64,000 bases of DNA from Kofleriaceae bacterium (GCA_046597055.1 JBKJLC010000113.1:1-64000); one strand, 5' to 3'; counted from the stretch's first letter, positions 36,762-51,518 are shown. The notes: a model not told the origin generated them from the letters alone. Program-made: numbers and translations.

Positions 36762-36815
36762 TTGCGTCGGATCGTCGCGGTGAAATCCGGCGCGCGGGTT
36801 GCTAGATTAGCGACC

Positions 36816-37517
36816 ATGAGTCGACGAGCCTGGTTCGCGATCGCGGCGTGTGCCGCCCTGACGGCCTGCGGAAAGAAGGAGCCGTCGGGATTGCCGCCGG
36901 CCGAGACCTGGCAGGCGCCCGTCCCGCCGGGGAGCAACGCCGCCGGCGGCGGCGCGCCCACCGGTCCGCCCGCGGGCGGCGCGGCCTCCAACCCGCATGC
37001 GGGCATCCCCGGGGCACCGCCCCTCGGCGGTGGGGGCGGCGATCCCCACGCCGGCGTGCCTGGCGCGCCACCGATCGGCGGTGGTGGTGGCGGTGGCGGC
37101 GGGGTCGACGTCGGGCAGCTCGGGCTGCCGCCGCCCGACCGCACCCAGCCGGTCGATCCCCGAAAGTTCCTCGAGGGCACGATCGTGCTCGCCAAGGACA
37201 AGGTCGCGCGGGTGCCGGCCGGGTCGGCGGTCTTCATCAGCGTCCGCAAGATCGATCCCACCAGCGGGCAGGGCGCCGGCGCGCCGATCGCGGTCGACAA
37301 GCTGGTCGCGACCGGGACCTGGCCGCTGCCGTTCCGGCTGACCGAGGCGCAGGCGATGATCGGCGGCACCGGCTTCGCCGGCGACGTCATGATCATGGCC
37401 CGGTTCGATCAGGACAGCGACGCCATGTCCAAGCAGCCTGGCGACATCATGGGCATGGTCAAGGCGACCATCCCGGCCAAGGGCCTGACGCTCGACCTCG
37501 CGACCGTGCTGCCGTAG
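36816..37517 (+). CDS. Lipoprotein with a CcmI/CycH C-terminal-like domain
   Basis: Lipobox LTAC; two PHAG(I/V)PGAPP repeats; VFISVR...PIAV..WPLPFRLTEAQAM...ARFDQDSDA..QPGD. Confidence 0.75.
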   Translation: MSRRAWFAIAACAALTACGKKEPSGLPPAETWQAPVPPGSNAAGGGAPTGPPAGGAASNPHAGIPGAPPLGGGGGDPHAGVPGAPPIGGGGGGGGGVDVGQLGLPPPDRTQPVDPRKFLEGTIVLAKDKVARVPAGSAVFISVRKIDPTSGQGAGAPIAVDKLVATGTWPLPFRLTEAQAMIGGTGFAGDVMIMARFDQDSDAMSKQPGDIMGMVKATIPAKGLTLDLATVLP

Positions 37518-37538
37518 CCGCGGGCGTGACCGCCGCGG

Positions 37539-38189
37539 TCAGCCGATGGTCATGTCGCGCAGATGCGCGGTGTCGTTGATCGAGACGATCCGCCAGCGCG
37601 CGCTCTTGTGCTCGAACTGCGAGATCGAGCAGTTGTCGACGAGCACGAACACCGGCATGTCGCCGTGGGGGACGCCCAGGCCGCACACGTACGCGAACGC
37701 GTGGAACAGCGCGAGCCCGTGGCTGACTACCGCGATCCGCTTGCCGGCGTGGTCGGTCACGATCTTGTCGATCGCGGCCGCGACCCGGGCGTAGACCTGC
37801 TCGGGCAGCTCGCCGCCCTCGGGCACGGCCGAGGCGTCGCGCGAGGCCAGCCGCTTCCAGACGTCGGGGTGTAGCGCCTCGGCCTCGGCGAACGACAGGC
37901 CGTCGAACACGCCGAGGCTGCGCTCGCGCAGGCCCGGCTCGAGCACTGGCTCGAGGCCGAGCATGCTCGCGATCGGCGCCGCGGTCTCGCGGGCCCGCAG
38001 GATGTCGCTGGTCACCAGCACGGTCGGCTCGCGGCGGCGCACCTCAGCCGCGGTGGTGATCGCCTGCTGGCGGCCCAGCTCGGTCAGCGGCGCGGGGCTC
38101 CAGCCCCCGAAGCGGCCGTCGCGGTTCGACTCCGCCTCGCCATGACGCACCAGGAACAGCACCGTACGCTCGCTCGGCTCGGCAGACAC
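37539..38189 (-). CDS. Histidine phosphatase family protein
   Basis: LVRHGE, SDILRARETA, LRERSLG, VVSHG. Confidence 0.93.
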   Translation of the reverse strand: MSAEPSERTVLFLVRHGEAESNRDGRFGGWSPAPLTELGRQQAITTAAEVRRREPTVLVTSDILRARETAAPIASMLGLEPVLEPGLRERSLGVFDGLSFAEAEALHPDVWKRLASRDASAVPEGGELPEQVYARVAAAIDKIVTDHAGKRIAVVSHGLALFHAFAYVCGLGVPHGDMPVFVLVDNCSISQFEHKSARWRIVSINDTAHLRDMTIG

Positions 38190-38213
38190 ACCTCATGGTA
38201 TAAGCGCGCCGCC

Positions 38214-38471
38214 ATGCCTGACTACTCGAAGATCCACGACCTTATCAGCCACCGGATCACCCTCGAGTACGACACCGGCGCGAGGGTGGTCGGCATGCTG
38301 GCATCGTGTCAGCCCTCGTCGGGACCGGTCGAGTTCGTCGTGCTCCACGACGCCAAGCTCATCGGCTCCAGCGGCAAGCTCATCCGCGAGCTGCCCGAGG
38401 TGACGCTGTCGCCCAACGTCACGACCGGGGTCGCGCTCGCCGAAGGCCCGATGGGCCGCAACGTCAGATAG
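38214..38471 (+). CDS. Small hypothetical protein with a predicted Sm/LSm-like fold
   Basis: 85 aa; LISHRITLEYDTGARVVGML...VVLHDAKL and RELPEVTLSPN resemble Sm1/Sm2 motifs. Confidence 0.65.
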   Translation: MPDYSKIHDLISHRITLEYDTGARVVGMLASCQPSSGPVEFVVLHDAKLIGSSGKLIRELPEVTLSPNVTTGVALAEGPMGRNVR

Positions 38472-38946
38472 CGGGCGTCAGCCCGAGGCTGCCGCCGTAC
38501 TCGGCGACCAGCGCGTCATCGACCAGATCGGCGTGGTCCTGGACCCGGTTGATGAGGTCCAGCACCTCGCTGCGATCGAGGTCGAGCGTCGACCGCTCGG
38601 TCACCAGCAGGACCTGGTCGCCGTCGACGGCGAAGCCCATGCCGCACAGCGCGAGGTTGCGGGCCAGCAGCTCGGTGTGCAGCGAGGCCCGCCGCAGCGG
38701 GTCCATGCCGGCCGGGGTGCGCATCACGGTGGAGGCGACCCGGAGGTGGGGATGATCGGGGCGATCGAGCAGCCGGATCGACACGTGGGCCGATCCCTTG
38801 ATGATTTGCCACGACCGGCGAGCCTCGGGCTCCTCGGTGCGGCAGTCGTTCACGAAGTAACCCAGGGCGATCAGGACGTCCTCGACCATCGTGATGGTCG
38901 ACATGGTGTTGATCTCTCGCGAGTTGTCGAACAAGGAGAGGCCCAT
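38464..38946 (-). CDS. YbjN / CesT-like chaperone-fold protein
   Basis: WQIIKGSA, LHTELLARN...FAVDGDQVLL..ERSTLDLDRSE...ADLVDDAL. Confidence 0.8.
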   Translation of the reverse strand: MGLSLFDNSREINTMSTITMVEDVLIALGYFVNDCRTEEPEARRSWQIIKGSAHVSIRLLDRPDHPHLRVASTVMRTPAGMDPLRRASLHTELLARNLALCGMGFAVDGDQVLLVTERSTLDLDRSEVLDLINRVQDHADLVDDALVAEYGGSLGLTPAI

Positions 38947-39017
38947 CGGAGAGGAGCGTAGCAAGAAGGACGACGTCCGGGTGCGCACTGACGGGGGTGG
39001 TGACAGGATGGGGCGAC

Positions 39018-41807
39018 GTGAGCGATCCGGAGGATGCCGGGGTGGAGGATGGCGCGGAGACCGGCGGTGGCGGTGGGGCGGGTGCGGGTGGGCGTGCGGG
39101 ACGGGGCGTGGGAGATCGAGAGGGAGCGGGAGAAGGAGACCGAGCGGGAAATGGAACCTGCGAGCGGACGGGCGATGGGGAGCGTGTGGGTGGAGGCGGC
39201 GGAGCTGGGCGGCGGGGGCGGCGCTGGCTGATCGGGGTCGGCGTGGTGGTGCTGGTGGTGCTCGGGGCGCTCACCGTGTGGATCGCGACCCGGCCGGGCG
39301 TGCGGGTCGCGGGGGAGGGCGCACGCGATGCCGGGCCGCCGGGGCCGCTGCTGCCGCGATCGATCCCGACCTTGCCGTCGCCGACGCGGGGCACCGGGAG
39401 CGAGCGGTTGGTCGGGATCGTCGTCGATGGAGCCGGCGATCCGGTGGGCGCGATCGCGGTCACCGCGGTGCTCGAGCTGCCGGCCGGGGATCGCGCGCTG
39501 GCCGACCCCGACGCCGGGGTCGGGTCGGCGGTGGTCGCGATCACCGGCGGCGACGGCCGCTTCGCGCTCGAGGGGCTGGTGCCCGGCCGCCACCACTTGA
39601 CCCTCGACGGGACCAGCGTGTTCACCGCCGAGGTCCGGTTCGTGCCGGTGCCCTCGGACGAGTTGCGGCTCGTGGTCGCGCGCCGGGTCTCGGTGGTCGG
39701 CGAGGTCCTCGATCAGGGTCGGCCGGTCGCCGGCGCCACCGTGGCACTCGACAGCGACACGGTGTCCGGAACCCGGACGACCAGCAGCGGCGCCGACGGC
39801 ACCTTCGCCTTCACCGAGCTGCCCGAGGGTAACTACCGGGTGTGGGCGTGGAAGGGCGATCTGGCCGCGCGGGCCCAGGCGGTGCCGCGGCTGGGCAAGG
39901 GACCGTTCCACGACGTCACCGTCATCGTCGAGCCGGCCGCGATCGTGGTTGGCCGCGTGGTCGACCGCCAGACCGGCGGCGGCGTGGCCGCAGCGGTGGT
40001 GCTGACCCCGATCGCCAGCGATCTGATGGGCGACGAGGCGCCGCGCTACGCGCGCACGTCGAGCGACGGCGTGTTCCGGGTCGAGGGCGTGCCCCACGGC
40101 CGCTGGACCGCCGACGCGTGGGCGCCGGGGTGGATCACGATCAGCAGCGTCGACTTCGCGGCCGGGCGCGGGCGCCCCGAGGTCGAGGTGGTCCCGGGTG
40201 GGATCGTCGAAGGCCGGGTGGTCGACGCCGCCGGCCGGCCGGTCGCCGGCGTGGTGGTGTCGGCGCGCGAGGACACGCGGGGCGGCGGCCGGGAGGTCTC
40301 GGCGGCCGGCGACGACGACCGGCTGCGCCGGTACTCGGGCCAGGGGATCCGCGGGGCCGACCCGGCCGGCGGTGCCGGGGCGTTCGCGGGGGCGAGCATC
40401 GCCGATGCCCGCTACCTGCCGCGCGGCGAGCTCGGCGTGCTGCTCGGGCCGATCCCGTATCCGCCGCCGCCGGGCGCCGCGCGGACCCAGCAGACCGTGA
40501 TCGTCCCCGACGACGACGCCGAGGTCGCGCCCGCCCCCGGCGCGCCGGCCGCGCCGTCGGCGACGCCCTCGAGCCCGGTCCCGGTCGATCCCGCGTACGC
40601 GGCCACCTGGGTCACCGGCGACGACGGCGCCTTCCGCGTCACCGGGATCCCGGCCGGCACCTTCTGGATCGTCGCCGAGGCCTCCGGGTACGCCGTGGCG
40701 CGCTCCAGGCCACTGCCGCTCACGCTCGGTCAGGTGGTCGCGGGCGTCGAGATCCGGCTGGCCCAGGGCCGGTACGTCGCCGGGACCGTGCGCAACCAGC
40801 GCGGCGAGCCGGTGCCGGGCGCGATCCTCACCTTCGTGCCCGACGGGGGCCCCGAGCGGGTCGGCGTGGTCGAAGGCGTGAGCGACGCCGACGGCCACTA
40901 CCGGGCCGGTCCGCTGGCGGGCACGGTGCGGGTCCGGGTGATCGCCTACGGCCACGGCGACGTCGAGCAGGCGCTCGACCTGGCGCCGCTGCCAGGCGAG
41001 CACGGGTCCGACGACCGGACGCTCGACCTCACCCTGGTGGTCGCCGACGCCAGCCTGGCCGGCGCGGTCGAAGATCCGTCAGGGCTGCCGATCAAGGACG
41101 CCCGGATCGTGGTCGAGGCGGGCCCGGCCGATGGCCGCACGGCGGCCACCGGCGATGGCGGCCGCTTCACGCTCGGCATGCTGCCGGCCGGCGCCTTGAC
41201 CGTCCGCATCGAGCACCCCGACTACCCGCCCCAGCGGTTCCGCGCCGAGACCGGCGAGGACCGCCGTCTGCGCCTGGCCTACGGCGGTGGCTTCGAGGTC
41301 GTGGTGTTCGATCACCACACCGGCCAGAACCTGGCCGGGGTCGCGGTCACCGCGCGGGGCCCGGCGGCGGCGGTCCGCCCGCGCCGCGACGTCTCGACCG
41401 ATGCCGGCGGGCGCCTGACCCTGACCCCGATCGACGCCGGCCGCTGGACCCTCGCCGTCGAGGTCCCTGGCTACGTCCGCCGCTCGCTCGCGATCGACGT
41501 GCCCGCCGGCGACCGGCCCGCGCAGGTGACCGCGCGCGACCTCCGCCTCGAGCTCGAGCGCGGCGCCCTGATCGCCGGCCTGGTCCGCGACCGCCAAGGC
41601 AACCGGGTCGCGGGCGCCAAGGTCGTGGTCCGCCGCGGCGACGACGAGCTCACGACCAACACCGACGCCGAGGGCGAATACCGCCTGCGCGACGTCCCCA
41701 CCGGTCCGGTCGAGGTCACCGCCCGCAAGCAGGGCGCTGCAGCCCGCACCAGCTTCGAGCTCCGCCCCGGCGACGAGCGGCTCGCGGTCGAGCTGACGAT
41801 CGACTGA
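39018..41807 (+). CDS. Membrane-anchored protein with multiple carboxypeptidase-regulatory-like beta-sandwich repeats (start uncertain)
   Basis: One TM helix followed by about 8 repeats of G.V.D..G.PV.GA.V...T..DG.F.L..LP.G. Confidence 0.85.
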   Translation: MSDPEDAGVEDGAETGGGGGAGAGGRAGRGVGDREGAGEGDRAGNGTCERTGDGERVGGGGGAGRRGRRWLIGVGVVVLVVLGALTVWIATRPGVRVAGEGARDAGPPGPLLPRSIPTLPSPTRGTGSERLVGIVVDGAGDPVGAIAVTAVLELPAGDRALADPDAGVGSAVVAITGGDGRFALEGLVPGRHHLTLDGTSVFTAEVRFVPVPSDELRLVVARRVSVVGEVLDQGRPVAGATVALDSDTVSGTRTTSSGADGTFAFTELPEGNYRVWAWKGDLAARAQAVPRLGKGPFHDVTVIVEPAAIVVGRVVDRQTGGGVAAAVVLTPIASDLMGDEAPRYARTSSDGVFRVEGVPHGRWTADAWAPGWITISSVDFAAGRGRPEVEVVPGGIVEGRVVDAAGRPVAGVVVSAREDTRGGGREVSAAGDDDRLRRYSGQGIRGADPAGGAGAFAGASIADARYLPRGELGVLLGPIPYPPPPGAARTQQTVIVPDDDAEVAPAPGAPAAPSATPSSPVPVDPAYAATWVTGDDGAFRVTGIPAGTFWIVAEASGYAVARSRPLPLTLGQVVAGVEIRLAQGRYVAGTVRNQRGEPVPGAILTFVPDGGPERVGVVEGVSDADGHYRAGPLAGTVRVRVIAYGHGDVEQALDLAPLPGEHGSDDRTLDLTLVVADASLAGAVEDPSGLPIKDARIVVEAGPADGRTAATGDGGRFTLGMLPAGALTVRIEHPDYPPQRFRAETGEDRRLRLAYGGGFEVVVFDHHTGQNLAGVAVTARGPAAAVRPRRDVSTDAGGRLTLTPIDAGRWTLAVEVPGYVRRSLAIDVPAGDRPAQVTARDLRLELERGALIAGLVRDRQGNRVAGAKVVVRRGDDELTTNTDAEGEYRLRDVPTGPVEVTARKQGAAARTSFELRPGDERLAVELTID

Positions 41808-41875
41808 TCTCCCGCGGCCGCCACCGGGCACGCGCCGGCATCGGCGCAGTCCTCAGGATCCCGCACATCTTTTCC

Positions 41876-42103
41876 GGTGTCCCCGCGCGAAGGGCTCGTT
41901 GCGAGCCCGGAGTCGAAGGGCCAGCCCGTCGAGGCGCGCGGGCCACCACCCTGGGCCTCTGCCCTTCGACTTCGCGCTGCGTACTTCGCTCAGGCACCTC
42001 GGAAAGGTGAGCGCTTTCGATCACATCGAGAGATGTGATCAATCCTGAGCGCCGTCCTTCGACACCGAGCTCGCTCTCGCTCGCTCGGGCTCAGGACGAA
42101 CGG
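41876..42103. repeat. REP-like palindromic cluster in a convergent intergenic region
   Basis: AGTCGAAGGGC (41911-41921) / GCCCTTCGACT (41961-41971); GGGCTCG-TTG-CGAGCCC; GATCACATC-GAGA-GATGTGATC (42019-42040); TCCTGAGC (42043-42050) / GCTCAGGA (42089-42096); two CCTTCGAC...GCTCAGG units. Confidence 0.75.
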
Positions 42104-42186
42104 TGGGGGAGCGGCCGCACCCTGCCGCTGCCGCTGCCGCCCCGCTCGCCCGACCTCACCCCGCGCGTCCCGTCCGTCGCGAAACG

Positions 42187-43632
42187 TCAGCGCCGCAGGT
42201 GAGCGCGGTCGAGGATCAGCGTCTCCTCGCGGTGGATGTCGTCGTCGAAGTCCGACGGCGGGGTCGGTGGCGGCTGGCTGCGCGAGCGCGCGCGGGCCGG
42301 CGGCGGAGGCGGCGGCTGGGTGCGGGTCGGTGCGCCCGGGCGCGCGGGCGGCGCGGCTGCGGGCGCGGTCGGCGCGGGCGGCGGCCGGCTCGCGCGCTGG
42401 CGGCGGCCGGGCTCGATGATCAGGGTCGGGGCGGCGTGGACGTCGAAGTCCTCGGGGGCACGGGCTCGGCGGTCGCGCTCGGAGGTGGTCGCGCTGTCGC
42501 CGAAGTCGCCGCCGCCGGTGCCAGTGTCGCCGGCGTCGGCGCCGCGGTGGCCAGTGCCGGTGCCGGTCGGGCGCGGCTGGAACGGGACCGCGGACGCGAC
42601 CACGTCCTCGGCGGCGACGCCCTCGGGCGCGATGAGATTCTCGCCGACGTCGTCGGACACGTCGTCGGTCAGGACGTACTCCTCGAGCATGCGCAGCTCG
42701 CGCTCGATCTCGACCGCGAACTGCTTGCGCACGTAGCGGCCGAGGTGGCTGCGCGAGTAGTTCGGCACGTAGCGGCGCAGGAACGCGCGCAGGTCGGCCT
42801 CGACCTCGGCGGCGGTCTGGTAGCGCTGGGCCCGCGATCGGGTCAGGCAGCGATCGGCGATCGCCTCGACCTCCGGTGGCGTCGACGGCACCAGATCCGC
42901 GATCGGTCGGTACTTGGCGTCGCGCACCTTGATCAGCAGGTCCATCTCGTTGGACGCGGTGAACGGCGGCACCCGGGTCAACATCTCGTAGAGGCACGAG
43001 CCGAGGCTGAACACGTCGGAGCGATGGTCGAGCTTGCGGCCGAGCGCCTGCTCCGGGCTCATGTACTTGACCTTGCCCTTGATGACGCCGGTCTTGGTGT
43101 TGACCTTCGACAGCGTCGCCTTGGCGATGCCGAAGTCGCACAGCTTCACCTCGCCCGTGTACGAGATGATGATGTTCGACGGCGACACGTCGCGATGCAC
43201 GATGCGCAGCGGTCGCCGCTTTTGATCGACCGCGGTGTGCGCGGCGTGCAGCGCGGCCGCGACCTCGCCGGCGATATACGCACCGTGCTCGGGCGGCATC
43301 GGCTTCTTCTTCTGCCGGCACCGCTCGAGGATCGTGCGGGCATCCTTGCCGTCGACGTGCTCCATCGCGATGAAGTACTCGCCGTGGGCGCGGGCGAACT
43401 CGTAGACGCGCGCGATGTTGACGTGGCGCAGGACCGAGGCGATCTTGGCCTCGTCGACGAGCATCTGGATGAAGTCGTCATCCTCGGCGAGGTGCGCGAG
43501 CACGCGCTTGACCGCGACCAGGTGGGCGTGGCCCTCACCGTCGAACGTCTTGGCCCGATAGATCTCGGCCATCCCGCCGAACGCGATGCGGTCGAGCAGA
43601 TGGTACCGGCCGAGCTGCTGGGCTCTGCGCAC
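42187..43632 (-). CDS. Hanks-type Ser/Thr protein kinase with a Pro-rich tail
   Basis: IAFGGMAEIY, VAVK, HRDVSPSN, DFG, YMSPEQ, SDVFSLG. Confidence 0.95.
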   Translation of the reverse strand: MRRAQQLGRYHLLDRIAFGGMAEIYRAKTFDGEGHAHLVAVKRVLAHLAEDDDFIQMLVDEAKIASVLRHVNIARVYEFARAHGEYFIAMEHVDGKDARTILERCRQKKKPMPPEHGAYIAGEVAAALHAAHTAVDQKRRPLRIVHRDVSPSNIIISYTGEVKLCDFGIAKATLSKVNTKTGVIKGKVKYMSPEQALGRKLDHRSDVFSLGSCLYEMLTRVPPFTASNEMDLLIKVRDAKYRPIADLVPSTPPEVEAIADRCLTRSRAQRYQTAAEVEADLRAFLRRYVPNYSRSHLGRYVRKQFAVEIERELRMLEEYVLTDDVSDDVGENLIAPEGVAAEDVVASAVPFQPRPTGTGTGHRGADAGDTGTGGGDFGDSATTSERDRRARAPEDFDVHAAPTLIIEPGRRQRASRPPPAPTAPAAAPPARPGAPTRTQPPPPPPARARSRSQPPPTPPSDFDDDIHREETLILDRAHLRR

Positions 43633-43729
43633 CAGCGAGCAGGGTACTCGGTGTTGGGTCGGGACCGGAAGGGTTTCGCGCAGATCGCGGAGGGAGCGTC
43701 GGGCGGGTGGATCCCCTATACTCCCGGCC

Positions 43730-44314
43730 ATGGCTACCGGCTGGCTCGCTGTCTCGCTCGCCTCGTGTCTCGCGCTCGGCGTCTCCGCCGCAGGGTGCGC
43801 AAAGTCCGACCCCAAGCAGGACGAGACCGCGCGGGTCAACCGCAACGCGGCGCCGACCGAAGGGGGCGCGCGGGTCACCGGTGCCCCGGGGGGCGCGGCC
43901 CCCGCCGCGATGCCGCCCACCGGCGGACCCGGGGCGGCCCCGGCCGCACCCACCGCCGACGATCCCAACGACACCAGCTTCCAGTTCGAGGCCCAGCAGC
44001 CGGCGCCCGGCAAGGCCGGGACCGAGGCGGTCGCGCGCTTCGTCATCTCGCCCGGCACCGGTTACAAGATGAACAAGGAGTACCCGACCAAGCTCACCCT
44101 CGAGCCGCCGGCCGGGGTCACCGTCGCCAAGACGGTGCTCGAGCTCGGCGACGCCGAGTCGTTCTCCGACAAGGGCCTGACCTTCGCGGTCAAGCTCACC
44201 GCCGCGCAGCCCGGCGAGTTCACGATCCCGGCCACCGTCAAGTTCGCCGTGTGCACCGACGCCACCTGCGACCCCAAGAAGAAGAAGGTCGCGCTGGTGA
44301 TGAAGGCCGAGTGA
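43730..44314 (+). CDS. Lipoprotein with a DsbD N-terminal (alpha)-like domain
   Basis: Lipobox SAAGC; GYKMNKEYP...FAVCTDATCDP with a C-x4-C pair. Confidence 0.7.
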   Translation: MATGWLAVSLASCLALGVSAAGCAKSDPKQDETARVNRNAAPTEGGARVTGAPGGAAPAAMPPTGGPGAAPAAPTADDPNDTSFQFEAQQPAPGKAGTEAVARFVISPGTGYKMNKEYPTKLTLEPPAGVTVAKTVLELGDAESFSDKGLTFAVKLTAAQPGEFTIPATVKFAVCTDATCDPKKKKVALVMKAE

Positions 44315-44356
44315 GCCGGGCGGTCGCCGCGCCGCGCCCGTAGTACGCTGACGGCG

Positions 44357-46624
<2,268 letters not shown>

Positions 46625-46705
46625 GCGCCTGATCGGCCGCGGCCGGGAGTGGCCCGCCGTCCGCAGTAGTTGCCGGCGCGGCCGCCGCCCGCGTATCGTC
46701 GGCGG

Positions 46706-47998
<1,293 letters not shown>

Positions 47999-48014
47999 CG
48001 CCCGTTGCCCACGC

Positions 48015-49286
<1,272 letters not shown>

Positions 49287-49369
49287 GGCGGGCGGAAGCT
49301 AGCACGCCAGCGGCGAGGTCGACGGGTGGGGCACGACCCGGGCGACCACGCCGACGTCGCGCGCTTCGG

Positions 49370-50125
49370 TCACCCGGGTTCAGCGTCGATCGGGGCTGGC
49401 TCGCGCCGGACCACGAGCGAGCCCAGCCGCGCGACCAGGTCGTCAGCGGCGGCGGCGACCGCCGCAGCATCGGCGCCCTCGAGCGTGAGGATCACGCGGA
49501 AGTCCTGTTCGTCGAAGCGCGGGTAGCTGCCGAGCTTGACCGCGGGGTGCGCAGCGACCACCGCCTCGAGGTGGGGCGCCAGCACGCCCTCCTCGCCGGT
49601 GGTCCACACCCGCGCGACCGCGACCGGGGTTGCCCGGAACCGCGCACGGATGTCGAGGAACTTGCGCTTGAACAGCGGGGGCACGCCCGGGAGGATGTAG
49701 ACGTTGCGGAAGGCGACCACCGGCCACGCCGCGTCGCCGACCAGCTCGGCGCCGGCCGGGATCTGGGCGAGGCGCAGGTTGGCCGGGGCCAGCTGCTCGC
49801 CCCAGTAGGCGCGCACCTTGGACTCGAGCTCGGGGTGCTGCACCACGGTGGTGCCGAACCCGCGCGCGATCCCGGCCATCGTCAGATCGTCGTGCGTGGG
49901 CCCGACGCCGCCCGAGGTGAACACGTGATCGAACCGGCTGGCGAACCAGGCGACGGTGTCGGCGATGTCGGCCTCGTCGTCCGGGATCACCGCGATCCGC
50001 CGGAGCTCGACCCCGAGCGAGCGCAGCTCACCGATCAAGAACGCGGCGTTCTCCTCGGCGAACTTGCCCGAGAGGATCTCGTCGCCGATGACGACGATGC
50101 CGGCGGTGGCAGCCACGGCTGGCAT
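49370..50125 (-). CDS. CinA-N / molybdopterin-binding-domain protein
   Basis: [28 protein letters not shown]; real start may be GTG 50116. Confidence 0.88.
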   Translation of the reverse strand: MPAVAATAGIVVIGDEILSGKFAEENAAFLIGELRSLGVELRRIAVIPDDEADIADTVAWFASRFDHVFTSGGVGPTHDDLTMAGIARGFGTTVVQHPELESKVRAYWGEQLAPANLRLAQIPAGAELVGDAAWPVVAFRNVYILPGVPPLFKRKFLDIRARFRATPVAVARVWTTGEEGVLAPHLEAVVAAHPAVKLGSYPRFDEQDFRVILTLEGADAAAVAAAADDLVARLGSLVVRREPAPIDAEPG

Positions 50126-50228
50126 CCTAGCAGCTCGGCCCGGGACGGCAGCATGACCGCGCCCCAGCCTTCGCGGGTCGTCCGAGCGCTTGTGTTCCCG
50201 GCCATCGCCCTGCTAAGACCCGACCTCG

Positions 50229-51518
50229 ATGGACCTCGTCTTGCGCGGCGGTCGCGTCGTCGGAGAGGCGCCCTCGGGCGCCTGGCAGGATGTCGCTGCC
50301 GACGTGCGGATCCGCGATGGCCGGGTGATCGAGATCGGCCCCGGCCTGCGCGGCGGCCGCGAGATCGCGGTCGACGGCCTGTGGGTCGCACCCGGGCTGG
50401 TCGACCTGCGCGCTCACCTGCGCGAGCCCGGCGCCGAGCACGAAGAGGACCTCGCCAGCGGCTCACGCGCGGCCGCGGCCGGTGGCTTCACCACCGTGTG
50501 CACCACCGCCGACACCAGCCCGGTCAACGACCACGGCACGGTGACCGAGCTGATCGTGCGGCGCGGCGCCGACGTCGGCCTGACCCGGATCCGCCCGGTC
50601 GGCGCGATCACCCGCGGGCTCCTCGGCGAGCGGCTCGCCGACATCGCCGATCTGAAGGCGGCCGGCGCGGTCGCGATCGGCGACGGCGACCACTGCGTCA
50701 CCGACCCCGCGCTGCTGCGCCGCGCCCTCGAGTACGCGCGCACGGTCGGGCTGCCGCTGGTGCAGCACGCGCTCGACCCGCAGCTGTGCGAGGGCGGCGT
50801 CGCCAACGAGTCGGCCACCGCGACCCGGCTCGGCCTGCGCCCGCAGCCGGCGGTCGCCGAGAGCGCGATCGTCGCGCGCGACCTCGAGCTGGTCGGCTGG
50901 ACCGGCGCCCGCTATCACGTCGCCCACGTGTCCGCCGCCCGGACGGTCGCGCTGATCCGCGAGGCGCGCCGGCGCGGCCTGCCGGTCACCGCCGAGGTCA
51001 CGCCGCACCACCTCACGCTGACCGAGGAGGCGTGCGCCGGCTACGACGCGCTGACCAAGGTGGTGCCGCCGCTGCGCGGCCTGGCCGACCGCGCCGCGCT
51101 CATCGAGGGCCTGGCCGACGGCACCCTCGACGCGATCGCGACCGACCACGCGCCCGAGTCGCTCACCGACAAGGAGGGCGAGTTCGAGACCGCCGCGCCT
51201 GGCATGCTCGGGCTCGAGACCGCGCTGGCCCAGGTGCTGGCCCTGTGCCGCGACGGCCTGGTGCCGCTGCGCCGCGCGATCGAGGCGCTGACGATCGGCC
51301 CGGCCCGCGCGTTCGGGCTCGACGCCGGCCGGATCGGGCCCGGCGTGATCGCCGACCTGGTCGTGTTCGATCCGCAGCGGGCCTGGACGGTCACCGCCGC
51401 CGGGCTGGCCTCGAAGACCAAGAACACGCCGCTCCTCGGCGAACGGCTGATCGGCCGGGCTGTGCTCACCTTGCTCGGCGGTCGCGCCGTGCTCGACTGC
51501 GACGGGAGGTTGTCGTGA
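50229..51518 (+). CDS. pyrC: Dihydroorotase-like protein, probably an inactive PyrC'
   Basis: [35 protein letters not shown]; several catalytic residues substituted. Confidence 0.85.
   Translation: MDLVLRGGRVVGEAPSGAWQDVAADVRIRDGRVIEIGPGLRGGREIAVDGLWVAPGLVDLRAHLREPGAEHEEDLASGSRAAAAGGFTTVCTTADTSPVNDHGTVTELIVRRGADVGLTRIRPVGAITRGLLGERLADIADLKAAGAVAIGDGDHCVTDPALLRRALEYARTVGLPLVQHALDPQLCEGGVANESATATRLGLRPQPAVAESAIVARDLELVGWTGARYHVAHVSAARTVALIREARRRGLPVTAEVTPHHLTLTEEACAGYDALTKVVPPLRGLADRAALIEGLADGTLDAIATDHAPESLTDKEGEFETAAPGMLGLETALAQVLALCRDGLVPLRRAIEALTIGPARAFGLDAGRIGPGVIADLVVFDPQRAWTVTAAGLASKTKNTPLLGERLIGRAVLTLLGGRAVLDCDGRLS

Noticed and set aside
38950..39230. G/purine-rich stretch as a regulatory or G-quadruplex element
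   Set aside because: Adequately explained as a low-complexity Gly-rich N-terminus; no discrete motif supports more.
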